Translations under genes and position numbers: made by a program | Part shown: positions 44,945 through 58,365 of the stretch, piece after piece | Numbering within the stretch: position 1 is the first letter of the stretch | Layout: each line of letters begins with the position of its first letter | Origin: Azolla caroliniana | Lineage: Eukaryota; Plantae; Polypodiophyta | Length of the DNA stretch: 64,000 bases | Assembly (NCBI GenBank): GCA_043228905.1 | Contig: JBHGNT010000010.1 | Coordinates: 14,632,001-14,696,000, forward strand | Direction of reading: 5' to 3' | Notes under the pieces: model-generated | Database searches by the model: none | Seen by the model: the letters and a program-made list of their open reading frames with translations, nothing else | Told to the model about the DNA's origin: nothing

Positions 44945-47900
44945 TGTTGAGCGAGCAAGCTCAACCGGATCCGGATCGGCTGAATAAGCCTGAGCTGGAT
45001 CGGCATCCAGAAGGATGAGCCGGATCGGTATCCGGAAACAACCGGCCAGATCGAAGAGCCGGATTCGAGCAAGAACTGAAAGCCTATTAGTATCCTAGAC
45101 TACTAGCTAATCATTGTCTCGTAGTTAGTGTCAGCCGCACATAGGAATATTGAAGTACCTATCAGTACTTCTGTCAGTCCTTTATGGACTTGTATAAATA
45201 GTGTTGTTTAGCACATTGTATGTACAGAGTTTTAAAGTTTTTTGAATTGAGTTTATGTTCTGCTCTCTCTCTATCTCTCCCACGCGTATTCTGTGTGTTA
45301 AGCTACTCCATTAAACCTTCATCTTATTCTCTATTGCTATCCAGCTGAGCCGGTTCTATCTAACGCTTCCGCACATTTACATTCACATGGTATGAGAGCG
45401 CGAGGGTTGAGAACCTCTGCAGCCGACACTTGCTTTCATAGACGAACCCTAGAACCCGGTAACAACAGACAGAGAGAAGTTATGGACAGAGGAATGGCGA
45501 GTTCACTTCCAATAGAGAAGCTCGACCGGAGCAACTACACGTCCTGGTCATACAAGATGCACCAATACCTGCTGGGGCATGGATATTGGAGCTTCGTGGA
45601 ACGAACAAATGAGGTAGCGCAAGAGCCGACACACGAGGACTTCCCGATATGGGAGCAAGGAGCAAGTCGAATATTGTACTACCTCGCGTCCTGTGTGCAT
45701 GATCAGATGCTCGGCTACATCAAGGATGCAACGACGCCGAAGAAGGCCTAGGAAATCTGAGGAAGATTTTCACCGCGAGTACCAGAGCCCATAAGTCGCA
45801 GCTCCATCAAGAGCTTAACAACATCCAGCAAAGAGACATGTCGGTTACAGATTACACCACCAAGATAAAGGAGATTTGCGACACACTCGGGTCCATCAAC
45901 ATGACGGTGGACGAAGACAAGATGGTTCAAATCTGCCTCGGTGGTCTAGCGCAAAGGTACGGGCCAATCCGGACAATGATCTGCACCCAGGAGAAACCAC
46001 CGTCTTTCTTCGACTTGCAATTGATGTTGATGGTTGAAGAAGACCACGCAAGTGGATCAAGGACCACTCAATCAGACTGCCGGATTCTTTACACAGAGAC
46101 AGATTGGCCCCATGGACGTGGTGGACGAAGAGGGTCGGCACGCAATGGAGGCGGCCGGCGAGCAGGACCGGAGACACAGAGGTGGTGCCGACAGCAGTTC
46201 CAGACCCTCCACAAGCAAGGGGAGTCAAAGCGGCGCCAGGAACCAGCAAGGAAAGGCCGACACAGAATGATGGTATTGTGGCAAAAAGGGCCACCAGGAA
46301 AGCGAGTGTTGGAAGAAGCACGCCGATCCGGACAAATCTGGATCTGGCAAAACCGGTCAGGAGAACCGGCAAAGCTCGCACTACGCGGAAGGATCGGAAG
46401 GATCCGAAACCGGGAAAACCGGTAAAGGGCCAACCTTCATGATGAAGCACAAGGCTAACTTGATGAAGAAGACTACTTCCAAATCAGAGGAAGTATGGTA
46501 CGTTGATTCCGGTGCGTCCAACCACATGACGAACCATGAAGAGTGGTTCTCTTTTTTGGAGAAACCGGAACAAACGGGGATTGTCAAAACCGGAGATGAC
46601 ACCCCTCACCCAATTGTGCATGTCGGAGAAGTCCCTTTAAGCCATGTCGAACAAAAAGGGGAAGTTGATGAACGTACTACATGTTCCGACAATCACAAAG
46701 AACCTAGTGTCGGTTGAACAAATCGTCGACCAGGGAATGCAGGTGCGGTTTATGCACCTCAGGTGCTTCATCGAGGAAGAAGACCGGATAATCGCGCAAG
46801 GGCATAGAGAAGGGAGGATGTTCATCCTCAACACCAATGATGTTGGCACCGCCATGTTTGCCAAAGGGCAGAAGGTTGAGTCGGACATCCACCTGTGGCA
46901 CAAGCGGATCGGCCACGTCAACTACCGGAGGCTTCAAGACCTGCAATCAAAACAAGTTGTCTTCGGTTTTCCGAAATTAAGTGGCCGGAAGGCCAAAATT
47001 TGTGAAGCCTGCCAACTCGGGAAGCAACACCGGGTTCCATTCCCCACCGAACGAAACCGAAGCCATAACAAGCTCGATCTAATCCATTCATATGTGTATG
47101 GGGACCGGCACAGAACGTTAGTCTTGGCGGGAGTCGGTATTTCGTCTCCTTCATTGACAACTACAGCCGACACACATGGATCTACCTCATCGAGAGGAAG
47201 AGCAAAGTCTTCGAGTGTTTCCGGAACCTTCAAAGCTTGGTTGAACGGGAAACGGAGAGGAAGGTCAAGTGCTTGCGGTCGGATGGCGGAAAAGAATACT
47301 TTTTCAGCCAATTCAACAGTTATCTTCAGCAGAACGGAATTCGAAGAAGAATTCAGTTGTCGATACACACCGGAACAAAACGGTGTGGCCGAGAGAAAGA
47401 ATCGGTCGATTGTCGACGTAGCAAGGGCAATGCTGGAGGAGAAAAGCATGCCCCAATTCTACTGGGCTGAGGCGGTCCGGACAGTCATCTACATCCAAAA
47501 CCGGATCGGTGACAAGGTGTCAACACACGAGCTGTATTTCGGGCACAAGCTGAATTTAAGACACCTTCGGATATTCGGCTAGATCCGAAGTCGGAGAAGT
47601 GCATGCTAGTCGGCTACTCGCATGAGCAGAAGAGGTATAAGTGTTATAACCCTCGGACTAAGCAGGTCCGAGTAAGCCGAGATGTCGAGTTTGATGAGAC
47701 GGCATCATGGTACTCCTTACCGACTCCAACTCCCGATGAAGACCCGATTCCGGAAGATGAGGCTAGTGAGCCCGAGGAGGTCCAGGTAGAAGATGAAGAC
47801 TTCGGCACTCTAGAAGAGAGTCTAATCTCATTCCGGGTCAGTGGACCGAATGAGCAGCTGAGTCAAGATGACCAGTCGGATGAAGAACCGGCGAGTAGTG

Positions 47901-50570
47901 GAGACTCTGTCGTGCTCTCCCCGCGCAAGGAACTAAGGAGACGGTTCACGCACAAAGAGAAGGGGAAGAAGAAGATGTCGGAATACGAAACCGGCAACAT
48001 TGAGTTGGATCGGAGTAAATCCAACTCAGGAAAGGATGAAGGCGGATCTTCGGGAATGAAGTCTGAATCGACCAAGAAGGGCCCCAAACCGGGTGATGGC
48101 AAGTTACGTCGGTCTTCCCGCTTGAAGAACCCCGTTACGCGGTACAGGTACAATGAGTACATGGCGCATCATTATGCGTACATGACCAAAGTGGCAGAAG
48201 TGTGTGAGCCATAGAGCTACACAGAAGCGGAAAAGGACGCAAATTGGCGTGCCGCTATGAAAGAAGAAATGTGGGCACTCGATGCCAATGACACATGGGA
48301 CCTCCTTGACCCTCCCCGACACTATAAACCGATCCGTTGCAAATGGGTGTACAAGGTAAAGTACAATGCCGACGGTTCGGTTAACTGGTACAAGGCCCAG
48401 TTAGTGGCGAAGGGATATGCATATACCCACGGAATTGACTACGACAAGACCTTCGCTCTAGTAGCGAAGATGATGACGGTTCGTGTGGTACTGGTAGTTG
48501 ATGCGCCAAGGGGGTGGCATATTCACCAGATGGACATGAAGAATGTGTTTCTTCAAGGTGACCTTGAAGAACGGGTCTATATGATCCAACCTCCTGGTTT
48601 TCAGTCGGAGATGAACAAGTCGGCTTAAGAAGTCGCTTTACGGTCTGAAATGAATATTACGCAACGCTTGCATAAGATGGGGTTTGTGACCTCTAAATTT
48701 GACTCATTGTTGTTCATCCGGCAGGGTCCGAACGGTCCGGTTTGCATCCTACTTTATGTTGATGATTTAGTCATCACCGAACCCGGACTCAATGAAATTG
48801 GTCGAGTAAAGTCCCAGTTGTCAAACGCATTTGAAATGAAGGACCTGGGGGACCTTCATTATTTTCTTGGGATCGAGGTGATCCGAACCCCCGACGGCAT
48901 ATTGCTCTCACAATGACACTATGTGTTGAATATGTTGTACAAGTTCGGCATGACGGAATGTTGACCTGTCTCCACACCCCTGGACCGGAACCAGAAGCTT
49001 TGTCCCAACTCCGGACTGGCCTACAATGAGAAATGGTTCCGACAAATTGTCGAAAGCCTCATATACCTAACGATCACTCGACCCGACCTCAGTTACCCAG
49101 TCAAAGTGATCAGCTAGTTCATGCAGAAGCCGACCGTCGAGCACCTTCAGTGCGCACACCAGATACTCCAGTATGTTAGCGGCACAAAGGACCGGGGACT
49201 GTTATACCGGCGTGGTATAACTAAAGGGTTAGTCGGCTACACAGATGCCGACTGGGAAGGTGATGCATCAGATCGCTGATCCACCTCCGGTTACATGTTT
49301 TCTCTAAGTAGCACGGTTGTTGCGTGGAGCATCAAGAAGCAGCCAACAATGGCTCTATCGAGCACTGAGGCCGAATACCGGGGCGCTACCAATGCCACCT
49401 GTGAAGCCATCTAGCTTCGGCGACTGCTGCAAGACCTGCGGATTGAGGTATTGACCCCGATCCTGATCTATTGTGACAACATGAGCAGCATTCAGCTCGC
49501 CAAGAACCCTGTGTTCCATGCTCGGACGAAGCACATAGAAGTCCATTATCACTTTGTGCGTGAGCGGGTTTTCAGCGGTGAAGTTGAACTTCGATATGTT
49601 CAGACGGATCGGCAAGTTGCCGATATCTTCACCAAACCGCTCGGATCGGACAAGTTGCAGCACTTCACTGAAAAGCTTGGTGTTCAGCATCTCAACGTCC
49701 CACACTTGAGGGGGAGAAAAGGAAAGGGAACGGATGGCACTGGACAAGGAGTCGGAGAGGAAGAAAGAACCAACAAAGGGGGAGACAAAGGGATAAAGGA
49801 ATTCGAGTCGACGAAGGAAGTCGGCACATCCAAACAAGTCGGAACGAACGGAAGTCGACACCAACACGAAGGAACCGATGGGTCGACAAGCGCCGAAGTC
49901 GCAGCAGTGAGGGAGCTGAAATGGGCCTATTGAGTAGACAAGCCAACCGAGGAGATCGAGGTGTGTAGAACCAAAAGGGTCGCGGTAAACAAGACCGGAC
50001 CGAACGAGGAGCGCGAGCAAGGTGGAGCAACACCAGAAGGAGCCGGTTAGAAGAATTGGCTACCGGAGACACTAACACCACGATCTGACCTCAAGTTGAG
50101 CTTGAGGGGGAGTGTTGAGCGAGCAAGCTCAACCGGATCCGGATCGGCTGAATAAGCCTGAGCTGGATCGGCATCCAGAAGGATGAGCCGGATCGGTATC
50201 CGGAAACAACCAAACGAATCAGGAAGACGAATCAGAGAGCCGGATTTGAGTGGGAACCGGAAGCCTAGTAGTATCCTAGACTACTAGGTAATCATTGTCT
50301 CATAGTTAGTGTCAGTCACATGTAGGAATATTGAAGTACCTGTCAGTACTTCTATCAATCCTTTATGGACTTGTATAAATAGTGTTGTTTAGCACGTTGT
50401 ATGTACAGAGTTTTAGAGTTTTTTCAATAGAGTTTATGTTCTGCTCTCTCTCTGTCTCTCCCACGTGTATTCTCTGTGTGTTAAGCTACTCCATTAAACC
50501 TTCATCTTATTCTCTGTTGCTATCCGGTTGAGCCAATTCTGTCTAATGCTTCTGCACATTTACATTCACA
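44945..50570 (+). mobile_element. Full-length decayed Ty1/Copia element J
   Basis: LTRs 44945-45387 and 50113-50570; TSD GATGT; PBS TGGTATGAGAGC 45388-45399; PPT GAGGGGGAG 50104-50112. Confidence 0.96.
45493..49933 (+). pseudogene. J gag-pol
   Basis: KLDRSNYTSW, WYVDSGASNHMT, LRSDGGKEY, PEQNGVAER, QMDMKNVFLQG, LYVDDLVI, RTKHIEVHYHF. Confidence 0.94.
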
Positions 50571-51362
50571 GATGTCATCATCAATCTTCTTTTCTTCCAG
50601 GTTGTTTTGTTCGGGCGGCTCAGCTACTTTCAGTTGTCTTGTTTTCTCTGTGACAGTCGATCCTGCCAAGTCGGTGTCATCAACCCACTGACGACCCTTG
50701 TCGAGCCTATTGCACACCCGCGTCACCACAATCCTATCTGCCACAAGCCCGTTTGCTTAGGTATCATCTTCAAGAAGAGTCCCCAATTCTCGTCTATCCT
50801 TCATATCCAAAACTTTCAAGAAGTACAAAGTCTTGTCCTCCTCAAGCAGCACTTGGTCCGTGTTGGGGAGACGACTAAACATCTGGTTGAATTCGTCGTA
50901 CACCCTCGAGGCGCTCATCTTCTTATTTTTCTTCTCTATCCACGTCATCAAGGCATGTCGAGTCATCCTCGACAAATCTTCTATCGCGAACTCCGCTAAT
51001 ATTGCTTTCTCGAACTCGAACCATGTTGTCTTGCCTTCTTGAAGCTCGATGATGCGTCTTTGGATGTTGTTGGTGACCACTCTCTTGAAACTTGCAATTT
51101 GACGTGTTTCAAACACATCGCTCTGATTCATCTCCCTTCTACATGCATCAAGGAACTTCGTAATGTTCCTTCCGTCAAATTGATCCTCGAGCTCCATGAC
51201 ACGATTGACAGCCTTCTCCACGCTCGCATTGTTGTCCCAAGATCTCATCATTTGTTTGACGATTAGCATCATCCTTTTGAACTCTCCCGCTTGATTGCTT
51301 GAGGGCGCCATCTCCAAGTATCGGTCGATCCTCAACTTGCTCCTTCCTACCGCCTCTTTCAC
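50571..51362 (-). pseudogene. C gag N-terminus
   Basis: FDGRNITKFLDAC..WFEFEKAILAEF..LSRMTR; aligns with G/H gag. Confidence 0.85.
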
Positions 51363-51375
51363 GTCGGGTTCACCA
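51359..51375 (-). other. tRNA-Trp PBS of C
   Basis: TGGTGAACCCGACGTGA, complementary to the tRNA-Trp 3' end as I recall it; same motif in G, H and D. Confidence 0.8.
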
Positions 51376-51383
51376 CTTAATTA

Positions 51384-52694
51384 TGTCGTGAAAATCCGTC
51401 ACTATTTGCGGATCGTGAGGCGGAACCGCCGGGGTCCTGGACCGGAAGGATTCGAAGTTTGCACTAGCTTTAATGAGAAAGTATTTAAGATAGATTGAAA
51501 GAGAGACAGATTGAGATAAGATAGAACGCTTGACTTTAGATTGAAAGAGATTAAGATTAAACCCTTGACTTTAGATTTGAGGAACAAGATATATCATCAA
51601 TTGGATAACGAATTTTCTTCTTATTAAATTCTTGATTAATACATAGCCCAAATGGGATAACAAATTTCTTCTTTTTTTATTAATTTCTTGATTAATACAT
51701 AGCTCCCTTTGATCTTTTTCATCCACTCTTTTATAGATGCCCCCATGCATATGATGCATGTGAGGGTACAAGACATGCATACAATGCATGTGATGCATGT
51801 TTGCCATTTGGCGATCATGCATTACATGTGATGCATCATATCCATGTCACTCATTCAAGCTCTAATATGAGAATTTACATGTGAAAGTATAATGATAAAA
51901 ATATAACTTAAAGACATGGCTTGGCTTTTTCGTTTCACACCGAAATCTTCAAGACACCGTGTGTCACGATCAACCTATCCTATCGACTCGATCGATTTGT
52001 CTGTCCGGTCCCGACCGGTCCGATCCGGTCGCGTCCGTCCCCACCGGCTCAATCCGCATCTCGTCTGGTTCCGTCGCCGTCCATCTGTTCCGGTTTTGTC
52101 GCCTTCCATCCATTCTAGTTCTGTCGGTGTCCATTCCCGGTCCCGGTTCTATCGTCATCCGTTCCTGGTTCTCGTTCTCCAAAATCATTTTGAACAACTT
52201 GGCCAGTCCGGATCCGGTTCCGTCGCCGTCTGTCCGTTCCTAGTTCCGTCGTCGTCCGTCTGTTCCTGGTTCCGTCATTTGTCCGTTCCCGATCCCGGTT
52301 CCATCGTCGTTCGTCTTGTTCTGGTTCTCCAAAAACATTTTGAACAACTTGGCCAGTCCGGATCCGGTTCCGTCGCCGTCCGTCTGTTCCCGGTTCCGTC
52401 ATTTGTCCGTTCCCGGTCCCGGTTCCATCGTCGTTCGTCTTGTTCTGGTTCTCCAAAACCATTTTGAACAACTTGGCCGCATCCATTCGTCCAAGTTATT
52501 CAACCCAACCTTTTTGGGCTCCTAACACATAATTGAAATATAAAGAGTTATAGCTCTACTTATATAATATTGATTCCTGATGGCATCCTATCTATGTGGG
52601 ATATCTCACAGTTTTGTTTTCCTCTTCTTCTTCTCAAACTTCACACTCACATAACTTGACACTAAGTTGTCCATTTCATATGTAGTAAATGCAT
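51384..52694 (-). repeat. 5' LTR of C, outer ~160 bp deleted, U3 array expanded
   Basis: Colinear with 9111-10142; match stops after TAGTAAATGCAT. Confidence 0.9.
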
Positions 52695-52697
52695 GAG

Positions 52698-52955
52698 TTG
52701 GGAGACAGGAGGGCTATCGTGTAGGAGGGGGATTGAGGGAAGATCAATTGGCGGAGAAAGATCAATCGTTCATGTGGACTGAGGGCCACATGGACTTGGT
52801 TGAGGTGGGGGACATGAGGGATGTCGTATCAGGAGGGGATTGGGGGAAGATCAATTGGTGGAGAAAGATCACTCGCTCCTGTAGACTGAGGGCCACCTAG
52901 ACTTGGCTGAGGTGGGGGACAGGAGGGCTATTGTGTCGGAGGGGGATCGGGGAAA
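52698..52955. repeat. About 107-bp tandem repeat (about 2.4 units) in the L internal region
   Basis: Repeated GGAGGGGGATT..AAGATCAATTGG(C/T)GGAGAAAGATCA..ACTGAGGGCCAC. Confidence 0.8.
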
Positions 52956-53028
52956 CTCGTGGGACAAGAAGTTAGTGGGCAACCTGATGTGAGGGGGAAG
53001 AGGTGGATGCTTGGACGTGGGGGATTGG

Positions 53029-53046
53029 TACCCCACTTCTCCACCA
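53029..53046 (-). other. tRNA-Ala-like PBS of L
   Basis: TGGTGGAGAAGTGGGGTA three bases from the LTR end. Confidence 0.7.
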
Positions 53047-53049
53047 ATA

Positions 53050-53245
53050 TGTGAAATGCACATAAGAGATCAAAACCAGCCTAGTTTGTGTCTTACTTCT
53101 TACTCAATTTATAATTGATACAAAGGTACCCATTTGGGTTGGCTTAGCTAAAAAGGGTGTGTTAAAAGGGTGGGTCGGCTTAGGTGCATGCATCCTTAAA
53201 AGGGTGTGCGAAAAGGGTGGCACAAAGGAACACATGCACACCACA
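53050..53245 (-). repeat. 5' LTR of L (196 bp)
   Basis: TGTGAAATG..CACCACA followed by ATAT. Confidence 0.85.
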
Positions 53246-56200
53246 ATATGGAACAATTGTTGGATATTTGAAGTTTGAACCCACAAGCATATTGTTGCAA
53301 ATCACAAGCTTTACTATCACACATCATATTTATATGTTTGAGTTTTTTGAGTTTTTCGATTTTTTATATGTAACCGTGTGAATAAGCAATCATTTGTGGG
53401 GACGAATAGCATTTTCATTTCATTATTTATAAAGTTAATGCTTTCAAAATATACAAAATGGCAATGGGTTTAGCACACAACATCTCAACGGAATGGCATT
53501 TTGTTTGTGTGCTAAACCACAACACGACAACGTACATAACCTATATATATAAGGTGCACACAAATTATTTCCTTTAGATTAATGAGTTTATCTATAGACT
53601 ATTCACAAACTCAAATAATTACACTATATAATGGACATTAAACCTAGGGTTGAGGATTGAAGTTTCAAGTTATTAAAAATCTTGATGATATGGGACTTTA
53701 CATAACAAATGCATAGGGTTGCACTGTACTAAGTGTATGTAATGATAAAATAATTCAGTAGAGAACATGTGCATGAAATTTTGAGATTCAAACTAAACAA
53801 AAGCATGGAGTTGTGGTCAAATATGTGATAGAATTGCTTCAAAGAAACCCCCTTTCGAGGTACCTAAATTTCACAAGTGCGACAATGTAGAAAAGGCATA
53901 CCATGAATGCAAAGTTGACATTGGATATCTCCATTAATGGGCTAGTGGAACACAAGTAAACCTCACAAAAGAAGATGAGTTACACTTGAAGAGACAAAAT
54001 AGATGACAATGTTGGGAATTGGGGGAGTATGTATGCTTGTGTGTGGTACAACCATTGATATGACCATAGTTGGGAGTTGGTTGTATGATGTCATTAGTTC
54101 GATACACTAATACAATATATTGTTTAAAACAATACATAGTGGTGATATATTCATGAACATGTGAAAATGGAGAGAACAACGGATTATCTAGAGGCATAAT
54201 TAGAGATGGAAAAGAATATAAATGATGGTCACATTTGGTAAGGATATCAATTAGGCAACGGTGAGTAGAAACTTGATAGCGTCGAACTTGTGGGGACCTG
54301 TGAGTAATTAGTTTGGTATTATAATATAAAGCTACGATATGACATGAGAAAGAGGTGTGCACCTAGGGAAGGGGAAGATTTGAACCAATAATGCAACACA
54401 TGTGAGGCCTTTCCAATTGTTTAAGAAGCAAGGTTTGGTTCATAATCTGTCCGTATATGAGACCTTCCAAATGAAGCTTGATATATATCCACATCAGGTG
54501 GTGAATATGGATTCAATAAAGAAGATGATGACTGTGTTAAAAACAAAACATCAGCATCAGCATTAACCTATGACTACGACTTGACAATTAAGGCGATTCA
54601 TGTTAAGATATTCAATTTCCTTTATTCGAAACCCCTCCGTGTCATTTTGATGTCGTATATATGTACACACATTCCATATACGTTGTCAGTTACGACCAAA
54701 TATTAAATTCATAATTGAATCTCTACCTTCCTTCATTGCATTATATTTCCCATACTACAAGGCACCCCTTTCGGTCGACATAAATATGTAATTTATAAGC
54801 ACAACTTGCAAGCAACATCAATCATCGCGACCACTAAGCCACAAAACTAACCATTTTATTACATCAACTAAGCTAACCACTGCCATGTACATTGAGGAAA
54901 CTTCCATGAAATTGCTTCCTATGGATATAGGGAACCTAATCAACATTTTCCTATCCAATATAATTTTATTTTATGTCATTATAATGCCCTACAATTACAA
55001 TATACTATTCATAGTTTTATAGCACGTGTTCAAAATTTATTCCATGAGTCATGACAAACCTTATGTTCTAGTCAAAGTCAATAATGTTTGCTCACTCATA
55101 TTCTATAATAGTATCCCACTCATGTACATAAGACCCTACCTATGTTCACAAAAGCTACATGCATTAAATTATTTAGCACCCAATGGTTATATGTGTAGGT
55201 CATCATTGTGAATTGTTTCATGTCAATATAGAAATATCTCATTATAATTTTACTTGCATATGATGCTACTTTCAATGTCCATTCATATCCATGAAAATGC
55301 ATAAGATCCGTCATCACAAAGATTTTGGAGTCAATTTATTTTTTGGACTTGTCTCAAACACCTAGTATCAGCTCTTTAGAGTCAAAGATCCGTGAGACAT
55401 TACTATGGTGCAATTTTCAATTCAGTTCTTTAGAGGCCAATGAGCTAGATTTGTATCTTGATTGCAATATTTTGCATCAAATTCATTTGCATGTATCATT
55501 CTTTCACTCATTCCATGTTTGATGCCTTTGAAAACATTCATGTGAAAAAGAATGTCATTAATGTACATGAGTAAAAGAGAAAGACACAAATGGTTGTCTT
55601 ATATAACATGCACTCAACATGAAATATGGGATAATATATAGTCTAAGGCCAATGAGAATGTTACAACATGCATGCACATCGCATTATATTGCCTCAAAAT
55701 GATTTATTCACCACGGGTCTTAAAATATTCTCTCTTTAAATATGTCTCACATTCCATCATGGAGTAAAAGATTATTTATTAATTGGGGCATAACCCCCCA
55801 CTGTAGTGGTAATCGTCAAGTGATTAAAGAATATCCAATGTCACTAAATTTGATTGTTGTGTCACTTATGGGGCACACCCTAATCAAAACCTTGGCAAGC
55901 TCGAGCAACTTATGAATCCTACCTTGTCTTGTTTGATTCCCGCTCCTTTGGTTGTAGTTATGGTTTGGCATTTCATGAAATCAATGTTATTAATTTTATT
56001 TATGCGACTTCTCATTTGGCATGTTTTTAGTTTGCAACCTTCAAGACTAATGTTGGTTTCGTTTGCATGTGTTATTGGGTTCATAAGTTCACTTATATTG
56101 TCATCGAGGTCTGTGGATATGTTGGCACACCGTAATCGTGTTCTTTAATGCCCATTCCTTTTATTGGCCATGTCATCTTTGGTGCTAGACATTAATTTCC

Positions 56201-56689
56201 CTAGCTTCAAGTTTTCGTCTCATTTGTTTGCTTTTCTGCATCTACCCATCTATGCGGTTGCACTTCATCTAGTCGAAGAGTTGCACATTTATCTCTTCTC
56301 ATGTTTTAGCCTCCCCCATTGCATATGTTGTGGTATGTCACGACACTTGGTTATGACACAAGCATTTTGTTAGTGGTGGGTTGTCATACCACACTTTATG
56401 ATCCCATGCAAGTTTACACTTGGTTTTTGTGACCCTTTCACATAAAAAACACTTTAAGATTGCTCATAAATCTAGCAAGACTCTAAAAGATTGAAATAAC
56501 ACATCAAAACTCAAGATCCAAATAAAACAATGCAACTTTTAATGAAGGAACAAGTAGGTCAAATCAAAATATCTAATATATGGATGTCCATAGAAGGAGT
56601 TGTCTGTCTTGGACATGTGATGGTGGATGATATGCTGATATTTGAACATCTCGCCCTCGATGCTTGCTTGAAGATATGCATTAAGTTCA

Positions 56690-57070
56690 TGAGTTGATAT
56701 GTTGTTCATGGGTGGGAGTCTTACTTGAATCTAGGTTTTTGCATGTGAACCTCTTCCTCAACCCCTCCTTGGAGGAAGGCATTCTTCACATCCATTTGAT
56801 GGAGGTGACACTCGTTCTTGATAGCAAGCACTTGTATAGCTTGCACAATGATCATCTTTCCCATGAGATCAAAGATTTCATCATAGGTGTGTCATGGTGG
56901 TTCACATAACCCTTTGAGAAAAGGTAGGCTTTTGTAAGAATTGACGAAGTCATCAAAGTTGTACTTTACATTGTAGACCCATTGACAACTGATTGACTTC
57001 TTGTGTGGAGACAAGATGAGGTTCCAAGTCTCGATGTCATAGAGATATTACACCTCTTCATCTATTGGTT
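56690..57070 (-). pseudogene. Old Copia RT remnant
   Basis: Minus-strand reading gives ETWNL, WVYNVKY and HQMDVKNAFLQGG. Confidence 0.75.
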
Positions 57071-58365
57071 TCTCCATAAGGGGATCACAAAGAGTCTTCA
57101 ATGGATATTTCTAGCTTAGGGACAACAACTACTTTAATCATGAGAGTGTATGTGGTCGGGCATAGCCAAAAAGTGGGACCAAATTCTTCTCATAAGTGGA
57201 TCATCATAGGTTTTCTTTGTGCCTTTCATAAGTTTTTCTATGTGCCAAGTGTCCTTAACGAATAGACATAATGAACTAACTCAGCTCAATAAATGGAAAT
57301 GAGCTACAAGCCTCGATGGAGGACATTGTCATGACGTGGCATGTGAAGTATTGGAAAATGCCTAGAGTTGGGTTTATGATAGGTTAGGGTTATGGACAAA
57401 CAAGTAACAAGGATGAGTTAGATTTTGACATAAATTATATAAACTAAAATAGATAGCTCGATTATCTAGAGTTAACACTAGAGCAATAAGGATGAGGATT
57501 TGAAACTGTTTGGGCAATGGAAAGGGAAAACAATGGTTTGCGAAACAAGGATGAGGAATGCATTCGAGTGATAGGGGACATGTGGAGATCTTGCAAGAAG
57601 TTACTATTTTTGGCAAGGGTACATTTGAAACCTACAGAAGGAGAAGGGAGCTTAGTGTTTGAGATCGGCATTTTGAGAGAGACGCCCATGCTTTGCCAAT
57701 GAAAGGACTATTGCAAGATAGCAAAACATGAGGGCATGTACAAGACAAAGGTAACGTAGCCATTGATTGTAGGGTGGTACACCAAAACTCAAGGATCTCC
57801 TGCCAACACTTGAAAAAATACCTTGGCTTTTTTAAATCTTATTCACCAAAATCCTATTCTAGGCACCCCCATGGAACAGGGTTGAGGATTTTATCCTCTA
57901 TTGTATCTTGTTTTAGCCCTCTAATGATTATTGTGAACTATTGCAAGTTTTTCCTCGTCAAATATATGTATTTTAAAATATCTTATTGTGATTGTGCAAA
58001 CATTGCTGAACGAGGATCATCATAAATCTTCAAGATTAGAGATTGATTTCACTACACCGATTTACTGGAAAATTTGTAAAAATTGGAAAGCGAGGCGTTC
58101 GAATCTAAACAATGTACAAACCAACAACTAAAAGATTTCATGGAATCACAACAATATTTTTGGAACGCGAATCTAAACTTTGGATGGAAATTTACAAGTG
58201 AAAGAAAATCGATTGAGCATGGGAGTCAAGCCTGCAACATTGACCATGAAAACTCGGTTCCCCGTCAACCAAAAGATGTTTGTGAAGAAGAATTCAAAGA
58301 AAACTTGTGAACACAAGATCATGTATGAACATGTTTCCCTACCTTCCCTGAAGGCCCAAACCTAC

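Larger units (their letters stand above)
9111..52694 (-). mobile_element. Ty3/Gypsy non-chromovirus element C (tRNA-Trp PBS), interrupted by E, F, G and J
   Basis: LTRs 9111-10301 and 51384-52694 (truncated); PBS 51359-51375; host frames rejoin across inserts (KILEER|VLDSHVTLSL across G). Confidence 0.92.
8797..53245 (-). mobile_element. Outer short-LTR element L (TRIM-like or internally deleted) hosting the 44-kb nest
   Basis: Direct repeats TGTGAAATGC..CACCACA at 8797-8945 and 53050-53245; 4-bp TSD ATAT; PPT (TTTCCCCCCT) next to 8945; PBS TGGTGGAGAAGTGGGG next to 53050. Confidence 0.8.

Noticed and set aside
53300-56600. Possible host exons in AT-rich DNA
   Set aside because: Only short ORFs without recognisable motifs; may be ancient TE debris that I cannot classify by eye
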